59,649 bases of DNA from assembly GCF_018350175.1 (NCBI RefSeq), contig NW_025408533.1, forward strand, positions 1 to 59,649, read 5' to 3'. The number at the start of each line of letters is the position of its first letter. The stretch's first letter is position 1. A program made the position numbers and the translations under genes. Origin of the DNA: Felis catus. Lineage: Eukaryota. Shown piece after piece: positions 37,641-50,948 of the stretch. The notes beneath the pieces were generated by a model. That model worked only from the letters and a program-made list of their open reading frames with translations. It was not told the origin of the DNA and did not search any database.

Positions 37641-39887
37641 TTGGATGTCTTTGTATTCCTAAACATAGTCATGAGCTTTGCTCAGGGATGCTGGTAAGTG
37701 AGTGGGAAAAGATTGATCCTTTTGAGTCTTGGCTTTGAAGATTTGCTGCGTGGGACCAGAACAGCTCAGTGGAGGATTCGTTTTTCCCGCTACACTACTG
37801 AGGCAAGACCCTTCTGAGTGCCCTGCCCAAGGCCTCCAGAATTACGCGGTCTGTCCTCCCTGCCGGTGGGGATAGCCACCAGTCTCTGTCCTGCTTGAGG
37901 GGTCGGCACAATTACCTTTCCTCCTTTAAGATGGCTCTTTCTCTGGCTTCACATGGTTTGCTCACACACTTGTGCTGATCAGTGGTGTGCTGCACACTCC
38001 AGCAGGACCCTCTGTGTATACGTGGGCATCTCACCAATCAGCACTTCCCTTCCCACTTAGAGCTGCGTTTTGTCTCTTAGAACCAAAGTACTCCAACTCA
38101 TACAGATGAGAACGGTCAGTGGGTTTCAAGCAACAGACTCAGGAAATGCGGGGTGATTTGGGTGATCCGCAATGACTTACTGGGTGAAGCTGGGGGAGGC
38201 CAACAGACTCCCATTCACATCGCAGGACAGGGAAGCAGAGAACCCAACTGTCACCAGTGCGCAAGCTGGACCATGTGTTCTCCGAAGGCAAACTCTAGGT
38301 AGAGTTTGGGCACACGCTGCCGGGAAACCATTTTTAAAGGTGACCACGTGGTACACGGTCACGTCTGATGGTCTCGGGTAACCCAGAGCCTGGGAACCAC
38401 TACTCCAATCTTGACATGATTGCGTCCAGACCCAGAAGGAACCTTCCGGCCTCTCTCTGACCTTGCTGGTGGGGTCCCTTAGCGCAGGCAGCCAAAGTGT
38501 GGAGACGTCAAGAAAACCCACCTCAGAAAAGGTCCTGAGAGTTGTTGTTACATTGCCATTGCAATGGTAGCTGGGTCTCCAACCTCCCCGCGTCTCTGTC
38601 CTTAATGCAAGAGCACCAAAGAGTGGCTTCCTCGCAGTTGTCGCGAGGATATCTGACATTGTTGGGCAGACTTGGAGAACCACAAATCCCTCTGAAATGT
38701 CACCCGGCTGACTGACACTTCTGTGAGCTTGCCTCCTGGCATTCCAGAAGAAACCAATTTCCTCTGCTTGGGAGAGTTTCTCTATGTCTCCTCTGTCCTT
38801 TTTCCTCTCTTCCTCCCTCCCTTCTCTTCTACTCACTCTCCCCCTCCTCCTCCTCCTCCTCCTCCTCCTCCTTTTCCTCTCCCCTCCTCTCTCTTTCCTC
38901 CCTTCACTCCCAATGTTCCAGACCATGTCCTTCAGATCATTGCCCTAGACAGGCCATCCTGTACCACCCAACCTAAATTAGCTGGAACAACAAAAGTGCA
39001 AGATTAAACTGAAGGGGGGTTTAGAATTTGCTGAAGATGACATTTCACCTCAAGGGAGAAATACAGATTATTCGCTAAGTGGTTTGGGACACCTTGACTA
39101 AAACCTTTTGGAAAGAAAACAAACTTACATACCAATGTTCTTTCTCACGAAAATTACCTCCCAGGATGTTAAAGTTTTAAAGTACTAGAAGATGTTCTCA
39201 GTGAATATTTTTGTAATTTTATACTGAGGAGGGCCTTTCATAGGAAATGCAAACCGCAAATTATACTGAAACAATGGATCACATAAACAAAAAAATTTTA
39301 AGCCACTCTATACCAAAAGACCAGGAGCACAGATAAAATGAAGAAATGGCAAGGAAAGGTATTTTCCAATTATAACAAAACTTTGATATTCTAAACAAGT
39401 TTAAAAAAAAACAAGTATTTATTAACAACAGTGGACCAATGCATATTTAAGTCTTCTTTACAGGTTTCTGTAGCTTCTCTTAGGCTATTTCACTCAGTGC
39501 TATTATTGTTATGGTTAAACATAACAAGAGTGCAAGAGTGGACATCATTTTTTGCGTGTTAAATTTGAGTTATCTTACTCAAATGTGAATAGAGATGTCT
39601 ACTTGGCAGCTGGATACAGGAGTCTGCAGTGTGGGCAATGTCTGCGATGAAGATACAAATCTGGGACCCAGGACACGGCCCAGAGAGCCCCGAGCCTGCA
39701 CGAGCTCGCCACGGGCAGCTGAGAGCCGGTATAGGGGGACAAGTGGCCCACGCACCGAGCCCTGGGGTCCTGGGACACTCCGAGGTGGCAGAGCAGAGAG
39801 GGAGCCGGCGGCAGAGACTGAGGAGGGGAGGGAGGGACCCCAAGACTGCAGGGTGGCCTCCTGGAACAGGAGTCAGACGTGTGCGCC

Positions 39888-39952
39888 CGCACACACACCT
39901 ACCCACCCACACACACACCCACACACACACACACACCCACACACACACACAC
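39888..39952 (+). repeat. (CA)n microsatellite
   Basis: Direct. Confidence 0.9.
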
Positions 39953-40087
39953 GCTGGGGGCAGGAAGGAGGTGGTCAGGAGGGAAGAGAGAATGATCCTC
40001 TCCCTGGGGTGCTGCTGATGGTCAAGAGCGATGAGGCCCTAGATTGCTCACTGTGTTTGACAGCGAGATCCTGGAGACCTGCAAAGA

Positions 40088-41585
40088 CAGGGTCGGGTGT
40101 GGGGTGAGGGTCAGGAGGGGTCGAGGAAGTCAGGCGCAGGGTGGGAGTTGGGAGGGGGCAGGGAGATGGGATGTGAGGTGTGGTTCCGGAGGGGACGGGG
40201 AGACCAGGTGCGAGGTGGAGTCAGGAGGCGATGAGGAGATGGGGTACGGGGTGCAGGGTGGGGGTCAGGAGGAGACGGGAAGGTTTGGCAAGGGGTGCGG
40301 GCTGGAGGTCTGGAGGGGATAAGGAACTCGGGTGCGGGGTGGGGGTGTGTGTCAGGAGGACACAGGAATGTCAGGTGCGGGGTGGCAGTCGGGAAGGGAC
40401 CGGGAAGTTGGGTGGGGGGTGGGGGTCAGGAGGAGTCAGGGAGATCGGGTGCTCGGTAGGGTTGGGGGTCAGGAGTGGATGAGGAGGTCAGGGGAGGAGT
40501 AGGGGTCAGGACGGGACAGGGAGGTCGGGTATGGGATGAGGGTCAGGAGGGGATGGGAGGTTGGGTGCAGAGTGGGGGTCAGGTGGGAACTGGAGGTTGG
40601 GTGCAGATTCCGGATCGGGAGTGGATGGGGATTTGGGGTGTGGGGTGGGGGCCAGGTGGGGCGTGGAGGTTGAGTGGGCAGTGGGGGTCAAGAGGATGGC
40701 GGAGGTTGGATGGGGGGTAGGGTGGGGGTCAGGAGGACACAGGAATATCAGGTGTGGAGTGGGAATCACGAGTGTCCAGCAAGGTGAGTGGAGGGGTGGG
40801 TGTGAGGAGTCATGGAGATCGGGTGCCAGGTAGGGGTGGGGATCAGGATTGGATGGGGAGGTGGGGTGTGGCGGGGGGGTCAGGGGGTGAGAGGGAGATC
40901 GGGTTCAGGGTAAGAGTCAGGAGGGGACGGGGAAATCAGGTGCAGGGTGGCGGTGGGGGACAAGAGAGAACGAAGTGATCGGGTGCTTGGCAGGAGTGGG
41001 GGTCAGGAGGGGACGCAGAGGTTGGGTGCAGATTCCAGGTCAGTAGCAGATGGGGAGATCAGGTGTGGGGTTGGGGTTCAGGAGGGGATGGGGCTTGGGT
41101 GCGGGGTGGGGTCAGGACGGACCGGGAAATTCGGGTGTCGGGTGGGGTTAAGGAAGGGACCAGGTGATCGGGTGCGGGGTGTCAGTGGGAGTCAGGAGGG
41201 GATGGCGAGATTGGGTGGAGGGTGGGGGTCAGGTGGGATCTGGAGGTTGGGTGCCGATTCCGGATCGGGAGTGGATGGGGATTTGGGGTGCGGGGTGGGG
41301 GTCAGCAGGGTACGTGGATGTTGGGTGCAAGGTGGGGTCAGGAGGGGCTGGGAAATTTGGGTGTCGGGTGGGGGTCAGGATGGGACAAGGTGATCGGGTG
41401 CGGGGTGCAGATGGGGTCCGGAGGGGATAGCGACATTGGGTGTGGGGTGGGGTCAGGGGGGGACCTGGAGGTTGGGTCCAGATTCCGGGTCAGTAGGGGA
41501 CGGGGAGATCATGTGCGGGTTTGGGGTTCAGGAGGGGATGGGGAGATGGGGTGTGGGCCAGGAGGGGACGGGGCGTTTGGGGACA
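40088..41585 (+). repeat. Degenerate ~30-35 bp G-rich minisatellite, ~1.5 kb
   Basis: Recurrent GGGGTCAGGAGGGGA(C/T)GGG..(T/C)GGGTG(C/T)GGGGT units. Confidence 0.92.
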
Positions 41586-41839
41586 GCGGGTCCAAACCAC
41601 TCCCGGGAAGGGCCGCACTGTGGCCGCCGAGCAGAGAAGGCGGTGGCTTCGGGGTGGCCAAGTCGCAGCGTGTGCAGAGGTGGGGGGCTGCAGCCCTTCC
41701 CACGTGCCGGGGACCCGCAGAGAGCGGGGTGCGTGGACGCAGGAGGGACAAAAGAGCTCAGGCAGGGGAGGACGGCTTGGCAAGGGAGGGAGCGGCCCCT
41801 CCTCGCCAGCCCGGCTCCGGGGGGGCCCTCCTCCCCCAG

Positions 41840-42890
41840 GTCCTCACCGCTCTGGACCGAGACGCCTCCTGTCGGAAGCCTAAGTTGGGGCAAAACCTGG
41901 AACAGACCATCAGCCTCTTGTCCGGCAACAGCTAAGGGTGGCGGAACCGGTGAGGAGGGGGCGTCCCAGGCCTGAGATGACCTCGGGGCCGAGCCCTGGA
42001 TCGGGTGGCACGGGGGCGGGGATGGGGTGGTCACCGGACTCTCGTGCCCTGCGCACACCCGGGCCCCCTTCATTAGTGCCTTTCTTTGGGCCCTGCGTGG
42101 GGGCGATGGTGACGGGACCAAGGGTCCTGACCTGGCAGCAGCAATATCCCCGCCCTCCCACCCTCGTGCCCCCGGGTCGTGCCAGCCCCTGCCCCCTCTT
42201 CCTGTTTATACCCCCAACCACCTATTTATTTAATTTATCTGCACCTCACCGTGTCCGTCTGTCACCACGTGCCCCTTCTCTGGGATGTGGACAACCTCAC
42301 GCCCCTTCTGTCCTTGGGTCGTCCTGGCTCCCTGGTGGCACGGTCAGCCTCGGCCTCGCCTCTGGCACCTGCCCCTGGCCGTGGCCGGCCCCGCCGGGTC
42401 CGAGCAGGGGCCCCCGACACCAGCAGCACTTGATGGCGAGGAGGGGGGCGCCCAGGGTGATGCGGCGAAGCCGTCCCCAGACTGTGGCTGCGCCCAGGGG
42501 TCTCCCCGCGGCTGGGTCCCGGCATCCCCTCCGGACTTCTCGGGGGTCGGACCGTACCTTTCTCGGGCGCCCTGTCCCCAGCACCTGGGGAGCTATGAGC
42601 GGGTTCGTGCCAGGGCCCCACGTGGGCCTGGGGGCTCTGGAAGTCTCCTTCTCCAGGCCCGAGCGCCCAGCTTCCTCGGCGTGGTGCCCGCTCAGCCCGG
42701 ACCCCTCACCCCCGCTGCCCTGTCCTGCGCCCGCCCCGAGTGGCCGAGGCGGCAGTGCCTTACCCCTCTGTTCCCTCTTCCCCCTCCGAGGAATCTGGCC
42801 CCGGCGCGTGGTCCCGGAAACCCAGCTGTCCCCTCTGTTTTGGCATGAGCTTCTTTGTCGTTGTTCCTGGAACCTTGTTTCTGAATTAAA
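41840..42890 (+). pseudogene. PLXNA3: Mirror copy of the PLXNA3 terminal exon and 3'UTR (coding 41840-41935; ATTAAA at 42885)
   Basis: As 26296-27346. Confidence 0.88.
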
Positions 42891-44192
42891 CGTCGGGAAA
42901 ACGGTGGCAGTGTGTGGCAGGTGGGTGGTCGGCGAGCAGGGAGGCAGGTGGGGAGGCTGTTGGACTCTGGAGGAGCTGGGCTCCCTTTGTGGGAGGAAGG
43001 GTGACCCGTTGCACGGGTCCCGCGCATCTGAGGAGGTCCAGGGCCACGTCCGATCCGTGCCAGCAAACCCCGGTGGCTCTCCCGTCAAGATCCGGTCGGA
43101 ACCCGTTCCCTTCTCCCCACCTCCACTGGCCGCAGCCTGGGGGTCTCTCGCCTGCGTGCCAGTCTCCCCACTTCTGTCCTGCCTGCCCTCGTCCCCTTCC
43201 CAGCGCAGCAGGCACCGGGAACCTGATAAGACGTAAGCTGCATCCCGTCCCGCTCCGTTCAAGACTCCCTAGGGTCATCGACAGCACCCAAGCTCCTTCG
43301 TGTCCCACGACGCTTTACTGCCGCACGTGCACCTCCATGCTGACGGGCCCACCTGCTTCTTACCCCCCGACACCTGTGAAAGTAATGCAGGTGGGGAGAG
43401 CGTGGGACGCAACCTTAAGGAGAGCGGCCAGGAATGCTATTTGAGTGGGCCAGATGGAACCCCGGGGGACGAGAGGTCCAGGCAGGGAAGAGGCAGTGCA
43501 AGGGTCCTGAGGCAGGCCTGGGCCTGGTGTGTTTCAGAGAAGGGAGGAGGCCAGTGTGGCTGGATCCGAGAGTGAGCAAGGTGGAGAGGGGAGGGAAGGA
43601 GGCCGTGGAAGATGCGGGCCGGATCACATCTGACGCGGCGGGCCGCGGGGCAGGGCTCTGGCTCGTCTCTGGGAGGGGAGCCCGGGGACGCGTTGGAATC
43701 GACTTGTTTTGTGACCTGACTGACGTGTTAAGGCCGCCCGGCGCCTTCAGCAGTCCGTCTGTGGGGCCAGGGCGGTGGCCTAACTCTGGGCTTTGCTGGG
43801 AGAGGGAGGGAGGCTCACACTAAGTTCCGGTCTCTTGACGATCTGGCCCCACAATTCCGGGCCAGTCTTGGGAGCCCTATCCGGAAAGGGTGGGTCCCAG
43901 TGCCCCTTCTCTTTGTCCCTTTCCTCCAGCTGCCCCTTGCAGTCCCTCCCCTCCCTCTCTGGACTCTTACCCACAGAAGACTCTACCACCATACGGCTTG
44001 AAGGCCTACCAGCTAGGAGCCAATGCCTTTGTAAACTTAAAGAGCCCAGTTTCTCCGTTAAAAGAAGGGAGAGCCACGTTCTCAGGTGAAGTGACAAGAA
44101 AACCTACGGTTCCTCGAGTCAATAAAGGACAAGACTTTTCTATTACAAGTGAAGACAGACAAAAAGAAAAGCAAAAAAAAGTATTCACGACG

Positions 44193-44420
44193 GGGGTGCC
44201 TGGGTGGCTCAGTCGGTTGAGGGTCTGACTTCGGCTCAGGTCACGATCTCACAGTTCGTGGGTTTGAGCCCTGCGTCGAGCTCTGTGCCGACAGCTCAGA
44301 GCCTGCAGTCTGCCTCAGATTCTGTGTCTCCCTCTCTGTCTCTCTGCCCCTTCCCCGCTCACGCTGTCTCTGTCTTGCTCTCAAACACTAAATAAAAGCA
44401 TTCAAACAAAAGAGAAAGGG
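44193..44420 (+). mobile_element. Can-SINE (mirror of 24780-24993)
   Basis: Head and tail. Confidence 0.9.
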
Positions 44421-44421
44421 A

Positions 44422-44453
<32 letters not shown>

Positions 44454-45744
44454 AGAAAAAAAGGATTCATGTTGGCTTAACCAAAGGGAGAGTTTCTGGA
44501 TGTGTGTAACTGAACGATTGTGGCGGGGGCGGGGGGCGGATAGTTCTGTCTTCAGGCGTGGCTGGATCCAGGATTTGGTTCTCTGCCATGTGCCTTCCTG
44601 CTCTTGCTTCCCATCTGTCCAGTGTCAGCCTGTTCCCTCCCCCCGCCCCCGTAGCCCCGGCAAGGCCGGAAAGGAAGGAACCAAAACCGTGTTTGCTTGC
44701 AGAGATCACGACCATGCATGTAGAAACTCCGAGGGAACCCTCGTGAGGCTAGCACTCCTGTTTAGCGAGGTTCCAAGACACAAGCTACTCAGAGGGAGCT
44801 AACCACCCCCCACCCCGCCCCCAAACCCGTAGCCACTTGTGGCACCACCCCCTTGCTCATCGGAAACAAGGCCAGTAAGCCCCAAAATTCCTATTCTAGT
44901 GTTTCCGTGCTTATTTCCCTGGTACAAAAGGAGTCTTCTACTTCGGTAGGAAGCCACCCTACTGGTTGGTGATGCGGGGAGACCAGACTTCTGCCGGCGG
45001 GGCGCCTTTTCTGGAGAGCACTTGTGTGCCGAGAAGCTATAGAACGCGGGAATTCTACCTCTTGGAAACGATCTGAAGGAAGTAACTGTTCGCGCAAAGA
45101 CTTCTGTTCAAGAATCCCATTGACTCACACGACCCATAATAGGGGCAAAGCTGAGAACGACCCGACTGCTCAACATTATGTAATAATACATTTGTGTGTC
45201 TCCTGGATAACAGTTTTTGAAGGGTTTTAGGGAGTGGGAAAGCTAGTACGTTCAACGGGGAAAAACAAAAACAAAACAAAACGAAACAAAAAGGATCCGG
45301 AGAAAAGTTAACGCTAAACTGGAAAATGGATACGTTATACGTTGCTATCCATTCAACGGGTAAATACAACTAGGAACGTATTCCAAAACGTCAGCAGTAT
45401 TTACCGCTGAATATAGGACCTGATTTTCCTCTCCCTGAGTCGTCTTCGATAAGCTTGGGCTGCTGGACTACGATTCCCAGAACCTCCCTTCCAACACCAG
45501 AACAAAGGTAAGAAAATGTGGAGGCGCAGGAACTGAGAAGAAACTCGGACACAAAAGAGTAGCTCAGTTTCATGTTGTGCAGTGACAAACACGTAAGCGC
45601 CCGTCCCTCCGGGCGCAGGGAAGGAACTGAAGTGGGCCAAGAGCCACCGAGGCCCGGACCTGCAGAACGTTAGACCCCCGATAGTAAAGTGGCGAGGACG
45701 CCAAGTGTCAACGCCCCGTGCCTTGCCCAGTGAGGGCTACCAGG

Positions 45745-46884
45745 TTAGGCCTCGGCCCCCTTTCCCGGACCTAGGCGCCGCGGAGGCCGGGACCCCAAGG
45801 CGCGAATGTTTCGTATCACCAGGGGAAGCCGGTCCAAGAAGGAGTTGACGGAAACTCGGAAGCAGATGGGGTCTTCAGTAGTCCATCTCCTAGAAGTGAG
45901 GGAAGAGGGAAATCCGGTTAAAGGGGAGACCTGCTGTGGAGGTGCAGGGCACCAGCCCCTTCCCCCACACAACCCCCCACCCCCCCGCCTTCCACCTAAC
46001 AGCGTGCGTCGGGGCCTCCACGACGGCACTGGAAGGCAGAGATGCGACCACGGCACCCGCCGCCACCGCCCACCCGTCCCGCGCATACTCTTGTTGGAGG
46101 ACTCACACGGCCAGGGCGCTGCCCCTCACGCAAAGCTCCTTCTGAGCCAACCCTCGGTGGCGTTGGACGTGTGTAGTCAGGGCCCTGCGGGCCATCTCTG
46201 CCTCCAGGGGCGACCGGAAAGACACAGTGAGCCTGCTGGGAGGCACCCGGTTAAGGCACAACGGGCTCCTGGAGTTCCCATGGCCTGAAGCCTCCTGACC
46301 ACTCAGAGGCCCGCCTCTACCCCCGGGACACTCGCGCTCCCTCCCGCCACCTCTGCCCACCCTGAGCCGCTTCCCCCACCCTGGGGGCCCGCCAGGCTGC
46401 CCACCCCCGCCCCCGTCCGTCCCGTCCCCGGGCTGCCGCCCTGCTCCCCAGCCACCCCGCCACGGCCCCTGCCCAGACAGGCTCCACGGAAAGGATACAA
46501 CTCCAGCAGTCCTGAGGAGGTCACCGCCGCCGCCGCCGGCGCTGCGTCTCCACCGGGGGCCAGGGCCCTCGGGGCCCGTTCGGCCAGGGGAGGGGCGCAG
46601 GCCCCCTCGACCACTGCTCCCTTGCTGCCAGGGCCACCCTCGCCATCGTGGCGGCTGCAGTTGCCCTGGCAACCGGGACCTCGGGGGCTAAGCTGGGGGT
46701 CGTGGCCGTCCGTGCCTCCGTCGGAGGCCTGTGGGCCTGCCCCCGCGTCCTCCGCGCCACCCTCGGGAGCCCGCGTGACCGCCGCGCCGTCCGCGCCGTC
46801 ATCGTCAGGGGCCTGCGTGACCGCCACTTCCTCCGCGCCGTCGTCCGGGGCCGGAGAGGCCGCTTCGTCGTCCGGGGCCCTCGT
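45745..46884 (-). CDS. LAGE3-like: LAGE3-like copy 3' (mirror); exons 46499-46884, 46107-46235, 45745-45889; ACG start
   Basis: Exons appear identical to copy 3. Confidence 0.8.
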
Positions 46885-47798
46885 GGCCGCCGCACCGGCC
46901 TCCTCAGAGCCCACCGCTACGCTGCGCCCACTGTCGGCCGACCGCTGAGACCCCTGGCAGGCCTCGCGAAGCCCGGCCCCTCGGCGCGCAAGGCTGTCGG
47001 GGATGGCCAGGGCGCCTGCGCAGACAGACCCCGCGGAGCTGGTTGCCACCGAGCCGGCAGAGCCTGGATCCGGTCGACGCTGACCCCGAGGAGATGGAGG
47101 CTGGTTCCGGACGCTGCGCCCCCCGACGCGTGACGTCACTGTCGGGCTCCTACGTCCCCGAGAGCATTCTGGTGAGGCCACTGGCACGTGACTGTTTCCG
47201 GCCCGGCCCGCCCCTCCCCCCAAGCCTGTGTCTGCGCAGGCGCCAGCCGGGCGCACTTGCCAGCAGCCAGCTGACCGCCGCCCGCCCGGTCCCGGGCATC
47301 GAGGCGTGGGCCGCGCTCAGGCGCTTCTGGGCAGCACCGTGCCTGTCCCTGTCTGTGGGCTCCCCGTACGGCTCGGGTCTGCGTGTCCCGGGGGCCCTGC
47401 GACCCGGGGGCCGGGGGGGGGGGCCTACGCGGGATGCCGAGCAGGGGCCACTCCCAGGCCCTGCCTGTCCTCAGGGAGCACACCCCGCACGGCCCCTAGG
47501 GGAGCTGGAAGGGATGGGCCTGGCTCCCTCACCATTTGTCGGTCCCGGGCGCCGTCAGTCCCCTAGTGCCTGCCAGCCTGGGGGAGGGTACACCGCCGAG
47601 GGCGCGACCGGCCTCCGGCCGGGGGCTCCCGGGCTCCTGCCTCCCACTGCAATGGCTGTGGGCTTGGGCCGGGGGCCCAGGGGGGCCCACCTGGACTTGA
47701 GGGCAGCGGCTCGGGGGAGCACCGCCCCGGCGACAGCTCCCCGGTCGCTTTGCCCTCTGCTGCGGCAGCCCTGACGGGCTGTCCCCCCCTCCCCCCAG

Positions 47799-48895
47799 GA
47801 ACAAAGTCTTTCGGCTCTCGGGGTGGGGGGGCTGGACGTGCCAGGGGCCCTCAACTGGGAGGTGACCCTGTGTCTGCAGGCCTGCTGGGTGCTGGCCTAC
47901 TTCTGTGTCTGCAAGGGGGTCAAGTCAACAGGAAAGGTACAGCTGGAGGCCGGCGGGTCGGGGTGGGTGATGATGGCAGGGGTGGGGGCAGCATGGCCGG
48001 TGGGGAGAAGGGGTGTCTCCGCTAGGGGGGGGCAGGTGGACCCTGCCATGCGAGGTGACCGGGCCAGGGCCTGAGGCGGGGGCAGGTCCTTGAACCCAGC
48101 CCGGTGGATTTCCCACGCGTGCCTGGGTAGTGCTCCGCAACCTCCACACTCCAGCCCAGCCGACTTCCGTCCTGAGGGGACAGGCCCAGGCGACCCCCAG
48201 CTGAACTTGCCTGTGTCGGGCATCCCTGCCCCAGTTTCCCTCTCTTCCTCACTCACTACTTCCTCACTCTCTGCTTTGCGGCCAGCCTGGGGGGACCCGG
48301 CCCGTGGCCCTCCTTTGCCTACCTGTCCTGCTCTGCTGAGGGTGGGACGGAGGCAGAGGTCTTCGCGGTCACCTCGCTGTCGCCTCTGTCTCTGGCCGGC
48401 CCAGTCCACTCCGTCCTGCCCAGGACCCTGCCTCTGTGCAGAGAACCACAGGAAGCATGGGACCTGCCTCCAGGCCGATGTCCTGCTCCCCACCTGGGGA
48501 AGGTCCTGCCTCCACCCTCCCTCTCTACAGCTGACCTGTCCTTGCGGGGGCAGCCGATGGCCAGCTGAGCACCCCGCTTCCTTCGGGAGGAGCCCAGGCT
48601 CTGAGGAGTAGAAGGGGGGGCTGCAGGCTGGCCTCCCGCTTGACCTCGGAGTGGACCGTACCACAGTGGGGGGAGTGTGGCCCGCCTGCCCCCCTGCTGA
48701 GGCTGGGGACCCCTAAGTGGGGAGGCGGGGCCGCAGGGCCCCTTCTGAGCAGGTTACCCCCCCCCGTCCCTCCCCCGCCCCAGATCGTGTACTTCACGGC
48801 TACCTTCCCCTGCGTGGTCCTCGTCGTGCTGTTGGTGCGGGGAGTGCTGCTGCCCGGCGCCCTGGATGGCATCATCTGCTCTCTCAAGCCTGACT
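47799..48895 (+). pseudogene. SLC6A8: Mirror SLC6A8 fragment: exon 4 at 47799-47936, partial exon 5 at 48784-48895
   Basis: As 20305-21402. Confidence 0.92.
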
Positions 48896-49697
48896 TGTGG
48901 AAGCACTCACTGGGTCGTGAGTGCCGCACCACGTGGGGCGTAGAGATCACGCACACAAGGATGTCAAAGAATTGAAAACACCAAAGGTCATGTAAAGTCA
49001 TTCTGAACCTTTTGGGGGAGAAATGCACACAAAAGAAGTGGGGACCACCCTCAATCCCACCACACAGACATACGAGGTGTTTACACTTCAGGCTACCGTG
49101 GCAGGATTTCCGTGCACATATACAGTAGCTTCCTAAGTTGGGATTTTAGTGATTTCCCTTTTGCACTGTGGTTTTTCCCTATGCGACCGCATCCCTGTTC
49201 TCCGTGGCCACTAACTACTTTAGCTCCAGTCGCCATCCCTTTCCTCCTTGCCTGCTACTGGCAGGCTTGCCCCCCGACGGGAGCCCCTTCGTGACCTTCC
49301 CAGACCGCCGATCTGATCCGCACCTGTGCTCAGTCGCCCCCTCCAAAGGCCGCTTTGGTGTGTCCACCGGTACCGGGGAAGGGGACGGGGTGCGGGGCCG
49401 TGTCCGTCTGGGCTGTGGCCCATCTCCCTCCACGAACCGCTGCGAGGTCGTGGAGCCCCACGTGCTGGGGACACTGAGCCCAAGGAAGAGGCAGGGCCCT
49501 CTGGACAACAGGCCGTGGTGCCTGGCGGCCTCCCACGAGGTCTGGGGAGGGGCTAGGGGTGTGGGGAGGGGGTGGAGCTGAGGTGGGACTGGTTTGCGTG
49601 GGTGCAGTGGGGTCACGCGTCACAGCGCGTGGCGACGATTGGTGAGGGAGCAGCCGCTGGAGAGGCAGCAGCTGCTGGAGAGGCGGCCGAGGGCGGG

Positions 49698-50042
49698 GTT
49701 TATAGACGTGCACGTGTTGAAAGATCCTTGTTTTCCGGCTGCAGGTTCCTCCTGCCCGTGCCCGGAGATGAGAGCTGCCTGCCCCGTAGGCAGTGACAAA
49801 GAACAGGGCAGACAGAGACAGTCCGAGGCTCAGGCTGAGGCGCTCTTTGGTGACACTGCTCATTGAAATGCTTCCACCAGCCACAGGCCGCTCTAGACAC
49901 TGGCCACCTTCTTGCTGTGACACCTGCCTCCAGGACAAGGCAGCTGTGCCTTTACTTTCCTCACTTGTCCTGAGGACCTATTTGGAGACGCTCAGGTACA
50001 GATTCGTAACTATAGAGTCACGGCGTTCTCCACTGCTCAGTC
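49698..50042 (+). repeat. 345-bp unit B' (mirror)
   Basis: Direct repeat of 16296-16640. Confidence 0.95.
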
Positions 50043-50948
50043 TCTCTCTGCTGACACTGCTAATTCTCCCTCAGGCAAGGCTCTGTTCCTCCTCTCTCCG
50101 ATTTAGAGACTCACCTCGTGCACCGGGGCGTCGCCCATTCCCCTCCTCAGCCACTCGGGTGCCTTGTACGTGGCCCCACTGTTGTGCTAAATAAGAGAGT
50201 CTTGGAGGGGAAGGCAAAGGGTAATGTACTTCATGTCCCCTCCCCACCTCAGGGAGACCTCTTCCCCTTTTTGTTTTCCTCCAGGACCCTTGTCAGGACT
50301 TCAGGGAAGCAAGCAGCAGCGTAATAAACTGGAAAAACACTTTGGGGAAGGATGATACAAGTGAGAGCCAACCACAAGGAGCTCTGAGAATTGTGGGTTC
50401 GGAACCTCAGGGAATGAGGCCTCTGATGACACGGGAGTATAGAATGGGCAGTGGGGCCGACCTAGCCAGCTGTCCCAGCGCTCTTCTGCACAGATCTGAA
50501 TCAAGGCCGAGAAGCCACAAAGTCCTACTCTGCAGGTATTATACATGACTATGTACATGCTAGTATAAAACTAAAACAAAAGTTCTAACATGTTGACAGT
50601 AGTTAATGTCCTGAATAACAGGACATAATTTTTTTCTCCCGTCGCCTAACTTGTCTTCTTCAATTGCCTTCTAGTACTTGAGTATCTGAATGTCAGAATC
50701 TCTCCCCCTACCTGAGAACAAAGGCGAGAATAGGAGAAGGCGTAGATGCTTTAAAAATAAACCCAGACACAGAATAGTAGCAGTTACCATTTGATCACCA
50801 AAAAAAAAAAAAAAAAAAAAAAAAAATGTGGATCTGAAGCACCCAAGGGCCAGTATAGGCAAAAGATGCGGCCTCAGTAAGAAAACGGCAGCTGCTGCAG
50901 GAATCACTGTCATGTGGGGGGGACACAGAGTTGGGTCCAGCCACCTTT

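Noticed and set aside
38177-38926. 249-aa Arg-rich ORF
   Set aside because: Driven by a (TCC)n/pyrimidine tract; no domain or splice support.
40088-41585. CRISPR-like array or coding Gly-rich repeat
   Set aside because: Degenerate eukaryotic minisatellite with no fixed repeat/unique spacer structure; the ORFs are compositional.
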